DNA of 64,000 nucleotides, taken from NCBI RefSeq assembly GCF_033153115.1, contig NW_026889778.1, positions 5,580,001-5,644,000 on the forward strand. The letters run 5' to 3'. A program made the translations under genes and the position numbers. The notes below the pieces were generated by a model. The model worked only from the letters and a program-made list of their open reading frames with translations. It was not told the origin of the DNA and ran no database searches. Every line of letters starts with the position of its first letter. Position 1 is the first letter of the stretch. The DNA is from Saccostrea echinata (Eukaryota). Shown here piece by piece: positions 57,287 through 64,000 of the stretch.

Positions 57287-58273
57287 AGGATGACTGCACT
57301 TAACGCCGGTTTTTGGGTCTTTTTCGGTTGCTTCTGTTGCTTTTATATCTAAACCTTAATTCACTTTTGTATATTTATGAAAGAATCCTGTCAATTTGGA
57401 ACCAAATTTAAATCTTAAAATGATTTTAGACTGTGAAACAATAAAATGATTCAATGTTTTTTGTCCTTACTGCTTTCCAAATATAGAGAATTTACACTTA
57501 CCTGCCCTTGATTGAACATTAGATATGCATGAGAGGTGGAGCTAACATTGTAAGAATGGGTCTAAAATTAGACTAGATAAATAACAATGACATGTTTGAA
57601 ATAAGGAATGTGATCACTCTTTCCCATCTCCATCTCCATTCTATATGGCACAAATACACTACTGTCAAAGGTTTCAAAGCGAAATTAACAATATGATCAC
57701 GTCCATGTAATTAAAGCAGATTTTTTATCAATGCCAGATGACTTAACGTGTTCGAACACAATGTCCTAGTTAGCACAAAACATGCTACCTTACAAGTCAC
57801 GTGACGGAATTTAGTATTCACAGAGTTACCTGAGGTAGGAAATCACGTGGTGAATTATAATATTCAACATGTCACAACCCTTGGTTACAACACAGAGAGC
57901 GAATGTAAGAAGAAGCAGTTTTTTCTCTTTTTAACCATGAGCGCATGTTTGTCTATTAATCTCCTTTTGACACATTATTATTTATGCAAATATACAACTA
58001 CTGTTAAACGTAGAACAATAGACAAACATGCGCTGACTATGTATGAAGTCAGTAAAAAAGTGGGCGTCCTCATTATCGAACGGAGATTCAAGAAATTGTG
58101 ATGACCCCTGCCTTTGAAAACAGATTCGAACTTCGTAAATACACACTTTTATTAAACGTAATTACATAAAGTTGTAGATTGGATGTTGACCATTCTTGCA
58201 ATGAAAAGAAAAATGCTTGTTTTGAAAGTTTATTTTGTCGCAAATTTCGCATATCCTTAAGTGCAGTCATCCT
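57287..58273. mobile_element. Non-autonomous Kolobok-like element
   Basis: Perfect 17-bp TIR AGGATGACTGCACTTAA; flanks TTAA / TTAT. Confidence 0.8.
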
Positions 58274-58443
58274 TTATTCATTTTACTTATATAAACATGG
58301 CTTTAGTTGTTATTTTCAAGATATTCAATAAAAGTTTGTTTGTATCATCTGTCCTTAAGCAAAAGAATATTCAACATCTATCCTTCACTTTGATAATTTT
58401 TGAACTATGTTATAGTTACATTATAGATATTAATTGGTTATTC

Positions 58444-58560
58444 GTAAATACACTCACAATTTTTAATTCACGAGGGGCGGAAATCAAACATCAGATATTA
58501 ACTGGTTATTGGTAAATACACTCACAATTTTTAATTCACGAGGGGCGGAAATCAAACATC
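58444..58560 (+). repeat. 49-bp direct duplication
   Basis: GTAAATACACTCACAATTTTTAATTCACGAGGGGCGGAAATCAAACATC at 58444-58492 and 58512-58560. Confidence 0.9.
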
Positions 58561-61500
58561 TGCAAATTATGAATATGTGTAGATTTATAAAAATTCTAAA
58601 GGTAGAGAGTCTTTGTATGTATTGAAAATAAACATCCATTAGTTAATCTGATAAAGATAATCGACAAGTGTTGACCTGATTAGCTTCATTCCTGCTGTTT
58701 TGCTGGACATAAATGATATGCATTCGAGAATGGCCAAATGTTATGTAACCTGTAATGTATAATGTGATAATAAATAGGTCCAGTACTCTGGCTTGTTTGG
58801 ATGTTTAGCATGATTGTTTTCTGTACTCCCCATGCTCTCCAACTGAGTATGAAGTTTCCAAGATCAAGTTATCACAAGAATTCTATTGAACGACTTGACC
58901 AACAAGCCTTGGCTAAATCTAATACTGTCTGACGCCATGACGTCAGACAATGAAAAGGAAATCCTTAGTGAATGTGAAACTCACATGATACGAGTTAGCC
59001 AAGGAATCAGTTAATTGAATTCTCAACCCAGCCTATCATCAAGAAAATAAAAAAAAACTTGAATTAGACCTATTTTCAAGAATATTTGAAAATGTTATGT
59101 AAATTTCAACTAGTATTATTTAATTCACTAGAATGATTCTGAAGAAATTTATAATTATCTGAGTAAACGAGTATTCTTATTTTTTCATATGTTGAGGTAA
59201 GCGGCCAACTCTAGAACACAATGGAAGATGACCAAAATTGTCAATACCTGTGGTAAGGATTTATTTCATACTTAGAGTGTAAATAGTTTTGTGGGAGACA
59301 AGCAGAATTTGTTTGCTTCTGTGAGTTGATTTATGTATATTGTGCAAAAACACTGTGTCAGATTTCTTGAAGTAATCTCTAAATTTCTGCAAAGTTGTCA
59401 AGGTCTGTGCTAGAAACCTCGATAAATATTTACTTTTTGGATACACTAAAGGCAGAATTTGTAATTTCTTTTCATGGTGATGAAGGATTATATATTTATA
59501 TACAAGGAAGAAAAGTTTTGTAAGGAATGAATTTTAAGTTTTTAACTTATAAAATTTAGTATGTTTTACGGTGTGACCGTTGGGGCGAGTGCAGTTGTAC
59601 CATCAAAAATACACTTGTAACGTTGATCCGCCACTTCAAACTTCAAGTTGCACGAGACGTCTAGATTGTGACGTCACAGGACATAACGGAGCTTGTCAGA
59701 GTTTACGGAGACAGTCGAGCGTCTGGTTGAGACTATAGGCCTAGTGCAATTTTTAACGAAAGACATTGTAGAATATTTTTTTGTTTCTTTTAAGCTTTCT
59801 ACAGACTGCAAGCCTTTTTATATTTTATGTTATTTATTTATTCGCCATTATCGCATGGAATCCTGGTAGCAAAGGAATTCTGGGAAGGTTTCACACAAAA
59901 ATTTGCGTGACGTATATGTCATTCCGAATTTTCTCTGTTCTTAAACATAGTCTATTGAGCTCGCTTCGCGCTGCTCGCTGTGCTCGCTATTAACAAATTA
60001 TATGCTATGTTTCTTATTGTTCAAGTTTGCAATATGAATGAAGTTAGCCCAGTTTGTAGCCTGGTTCCCTGTCCTTGTCATGTTTCGTGTACTTCTTGGC
60101 ACTAGGGCCATGTGGACTACTATCAATTCTGTCCTGAATTCTCCCCCTCATGAAGTTGTATTTAGCTGCATGGTCAATGTAGAAAAGCATTGTGGCATCA
60201 TATTTTCTATGCTGTCAATGTAATTGTATTTGTTATGTTGTGGTGACCAATGCTGGTTTTTAAAAGACAGGAGAGAGGCACTCTCGATGTTATTGACAAA
60301 TCTTGTCGAGGGCGGCCTTGAAGGCCTTGACAGATTTTGCACACACTGTGTCTTCGTCAAGGTGGTTCCCCTTAATCACAGTGTCTATGAAACATGAGTG
60401 CTGATATTGCTTTGTTTTAGTTTGTGTTACTTCAAAGCTTCTGGAGTTGTTTTTCACATAATTGTTTTGTTATGATGTTGTCCAAGATTCCTTGGTTTAT
60501 ATTGGACATATATTTCAGTAGCAGTGATATTTTCAACCCACTGGGAAAGGGTCCAGTACTGCTTCAATTGGGAAAAATAGCATCGAAGTAGAACAAGGAG
60601 AATTTTCTGTCATTTAAACAAATGAAACATATTCTGTGTTTATTCCAACGTCATTACCTATTACTCTGTGTTTTAAAGAATAAACAACAAGTATTTATAT
60701 TGTTTTTCATATTAATGTCCCCTGTTTTCGCATTTTCATGCTTTCAATTTGTCAAAGTGTATGACACTACGCTGTCTACACCACAGGCCCCGCCCTATTA
60801 CGACGAATCTCTACTTACGATTTAAGCGGAAGTGAAAGAATTAGTTAACTTGTACAATGTTTCATATAAAAAGAAATACGATGTCATCATAGTCTTTTGC
60901 TTGGCAGTGGAATGGGGAATTTTTAGTCTCAAAATTGGGAAAAATTAACTTTTTTTGGCATTGGGAATGGTACCGTTTATCGGTACCAGTTATATAAGGA
61001 AAAAAACGCTGAGTAGTTAATGGAAAAGGCTAAAAAAAAATTACAGTTTCACATGAATAGGGCAGACCAATCATATGAGGGGATAGGACTGAATTCTACC
61101 TTGCTCTCCTGCCTGGATGAGCCAGGGAACCAGGCTACCATGTACATGCTTTAAATGTATAATCAAGAGCATGTATAGAGTGAACTTTTCAGAGGTGCCA
61201 GGCATTTGCATTAGTGTTGTTCCATGCAATCACTTATTTTAATTGAAAATCAGTCAATTCTAATCCTAGCACATGATTATAAAAAAAATATTTCACTGAA
61301 TCTATTATTCTACCATTTTTTTTATGCAACATTCCAGCCACAACTTACCTAATACCCGAATGATGCTTTCTTTGTAACCAATACTGGAAGTGCCTCAGTT
61401 AATTCCCACAATATAAAAGTCTTCTTGCATGTATTTAGTATTTTTCTATGTTACACAAATTTCTTATTTGAATACTATTGAATGATGAAAGTTTTCACGA

Positions 61501-62809
61501 ACATCTTATGAAAGCAGCAATTAAAGAGCAAAAAAATCTTTCTAAACTGAGAAAATTTTATGTTTCTGTTTGATTTATATGTACCCACTTTCAGTTGTTT
61601 CCTATAGAATTTCTTGTTTTTTGAATATGATTAATTATAAGTATGTTACAGATAATCAGTCATTGATTATAAAATCCTTAATACTTTGCATATATGTCAA
61701 GAACTGAATCAAGCTGTGCTCAGTTAAACTTACCAGCTTTCAAATAGTATGCATTTCTAGCTTTGTAAACATTGTTTCTCTAAAGATATTTTTAAGACAG
61801 TTTGAGGAATAGATATCAATATTTGTATGTTTGGTGCAATGTACATGAGGTCCAGCGCCATCACTCCCCTCAAATATAGACTGAATATCGGACCCATTCC
61901 CAGTAACAAAAAGTAACGCCAAAATTGGGTCCATGTTTCCTAAAGAGGGATGGGGGTTCAAGGCCTTTTTGGTAACTTTATATTTGAATTTGATTTCAGA
62001 ATTTTTTTTTTGGGGGGGGGGGGGAGACCCCTTCCTAGATAGAACTGCATATGTACCCACATGGGACTTGTACCCTTTAAGAAGTGAAATTTAAAAGGTC
62101 TCCCGAGCATATCAGTAAAGGTGGAAATCTTCCTGGTTTTACAATTCTGCAGTGAACTGGCCATGACTTTACTTTTCATTGACCAAAAACAGCATGTCAA
62201 TGAGTGCAACTAAGTACTAGTAATCTAAGATTTCCATTTATTTTGAACACCTGACTGTTAGGTTACATAGTCTGCAAATAAAAAGGAACTTTCAATGTGG
62301 AATTGCTCAAAATGACTTCAGATTTTATCATGATAGTATCTATATATATCCAAATAGGTGATCATATGCAACCTTGATATATTAGAACTACTAGTCAAAT
62401 TTATTGGAAAAATGTTGTGTTGCTATTGCGCAATTAATTTTTGGATGCTGCAGGCGACATAAGTCTTCTAGTTCCGTTATCAGATTGAATATTTAGGGCA
62501 GTTCTTGCTCCCAAATGATCTTAAGTCCTAGATTTATCAAAGTAATTAGTTGCACAGATGCAAACTTCAATCAAGTGTGAAGCTTCGATGGAGCTTAGTT
62601 TGCTACTGGTAACCAAGATTTTTATGTAATTGAGGATTATTGAACAAAACCAAAATAGTGTAAAATATACATGAACCAAAAAGATATTAAGATTCTTTAT
62701 AGCTTAATTTAATTAGAAAAACAATCTCTCATTAGTTGATGAATGCATCGATACAGATTACAGTACAAGTAGTGTGACTTCCATTGTAAATACATATATA
62801 TAAAATATG

Positions 62810-63050
62810 AAGATAACTAACAGTGATCTAACTCAAATGTCCTTTGACGCAATACAGAGCAGAGCAAACACAAACCTCTAAAAACATCAGAGGTGGGATC
62901 AGGTGCCATGGAGGAATAAGCATCCCTTGTTGACTGGCCACACCAGCTGTGGTGCTCTTTGTCCTGATCGGGTAAATGGAAAAATCCATAGACAATTCAA
63001 TGTGAAAATAATGGTCTAACAATTCGTATGAAAAACATCAGTCAACATTC
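62810..63050 (-). mobile_element. Penelope-like element 3' UTR fragment
   Basis: CCTCTAAAAACATCAGAGGTGGGATCAGGTGCCATGGAGGA..AGCATCCC shared with 4750 and 33270. Confidence 0.8.
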
Positions 63051-64000
63051 AACGTATTTAATTCTGAAGAACATTACATGATTTACTTATTGTAATAGGA
63101 TGACATAATTGTTATCTAGAATTTCTTTTTCTAAATAAAGAAATTATTTTTTTTATTAGGTTCTTGTATAAATAAAAAAAGAGAGCAGTACCCTTAATTA
63201 AAAGTGATCTATAATTAACATTCAGAAATATATCAGGAAACAAACCAAGAGAAAGTATTACTGTGCACGACAAAACAAATGTAAGGCATAAGCTATAATC
63301 TGTGGAAACTGTACATGACTGTAATTACTAGTGTACCACTGACTTCATGAAGATCCCCCCTCATCTGACAATGCTCTACCGAAGTGAAAAGTGCAAGGTC
63401 AAAAAATCTCCTAGCTTCTGTAAACATTTAGGAAGTGCAAGCTTATTAGGTCTGAAATTGTTTGGATTATTTTTAGGGTCGTTCAAAACCAGAAATGCAA
63501 ATTAATATCGCACATCTCCTGAATATAAATTCAGCATTGCATAAAATGTTCAAAAAAGAAAGAGGGCTTGTTTTGACATTTTAAGGTGTCGGTGCATGAC
63601 TTTTTAATGGGATGAGGTGACAATTAGCTTTGACAGGAAATGATCCGCGTGTTTGGTTAACAGACAAATGATGTCATGGTGGAGGTCTTCACAAGAATTG
63701 ATCAGTTGCACAAGTAACCTATTTTCAGTTTTTTGTCTGTCAGACAGTGAGCACACACAGGCTGAAGAAAGAAGAAGAATACGGTGTGCATATTTTAGTT
63801 GGTGGAGGGATTTGAAAATCAATATTGCACAAGCATCCATGTCAGTGAAGTTTGAAAAGAACGGTGTCATTTCATTATATATGATAGCATGTCTTGGAGA
63901 CAATTTGTACATGAATTTGGAAATAAAATATTTTAATTTAAATTAACATCTCTTTTATCATAAAGAAACTTCCCAATTCCTAATTTGTTTGAAATTTTTA

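Noticed and set aside
58775-64000. Possible exons of another gene (58780-59015, 60148-60360, 61958-62209, 63604-63946)
   Set aside because: No recognisable motifs and no consistent exon chain could be built by eye; needs BLASTX or RNA-seq.

Overview
AT-rich, repeat-dense animal genomic DNA, most likely a bivalve (oyster-like; inferred from single-exon B-box/NHL gene expansions, Helentron-type satellite elements, tRNA-SINEs with (CAAT)n tails and Penelope-like RT relics). From left to right: (1) the 3' end of a Gypsy LTR retrotransposon (1-2062) with an extra ORF in the env position, encoding two C2H2 zinc fingers plus a basic coiled coil and split by a single +1 frameshift; (2) nested MITEs, a decayed L1/Tx1 LINE interrupted by a solo LTR, and Penelope-like relics; (3) an intact B-box/coiled-coil gene with an unusual Cys-rich tail (11570-12493, -); (4) a tandem cluster of three damaged B-box/coiled-coil/NHL (RING-less TRIM-like) copies (17.2-31.4 kb); (5) a complete 10-exon SLC35B4 gene (53915->40379, -, 335 aa) reconstructed by hand; (6) a mostly MITE-filled region with no gene I can identify. 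The most unusual feature is SLC35B4 intron 6. Both of its splice junctions are tandemly amplified: about 41 x 27-bp copies of the exon-6 end plus donor (the first five extra donors are in frame and stop-free, each adding GKDLxLWTL) and about 17 x 44-bp copies of the acceptor plus exon-7 start (leading to a stop). The last intron of the gene is U12-type (minor spliceosome). All coordinates were read by eye and no database searches were run.
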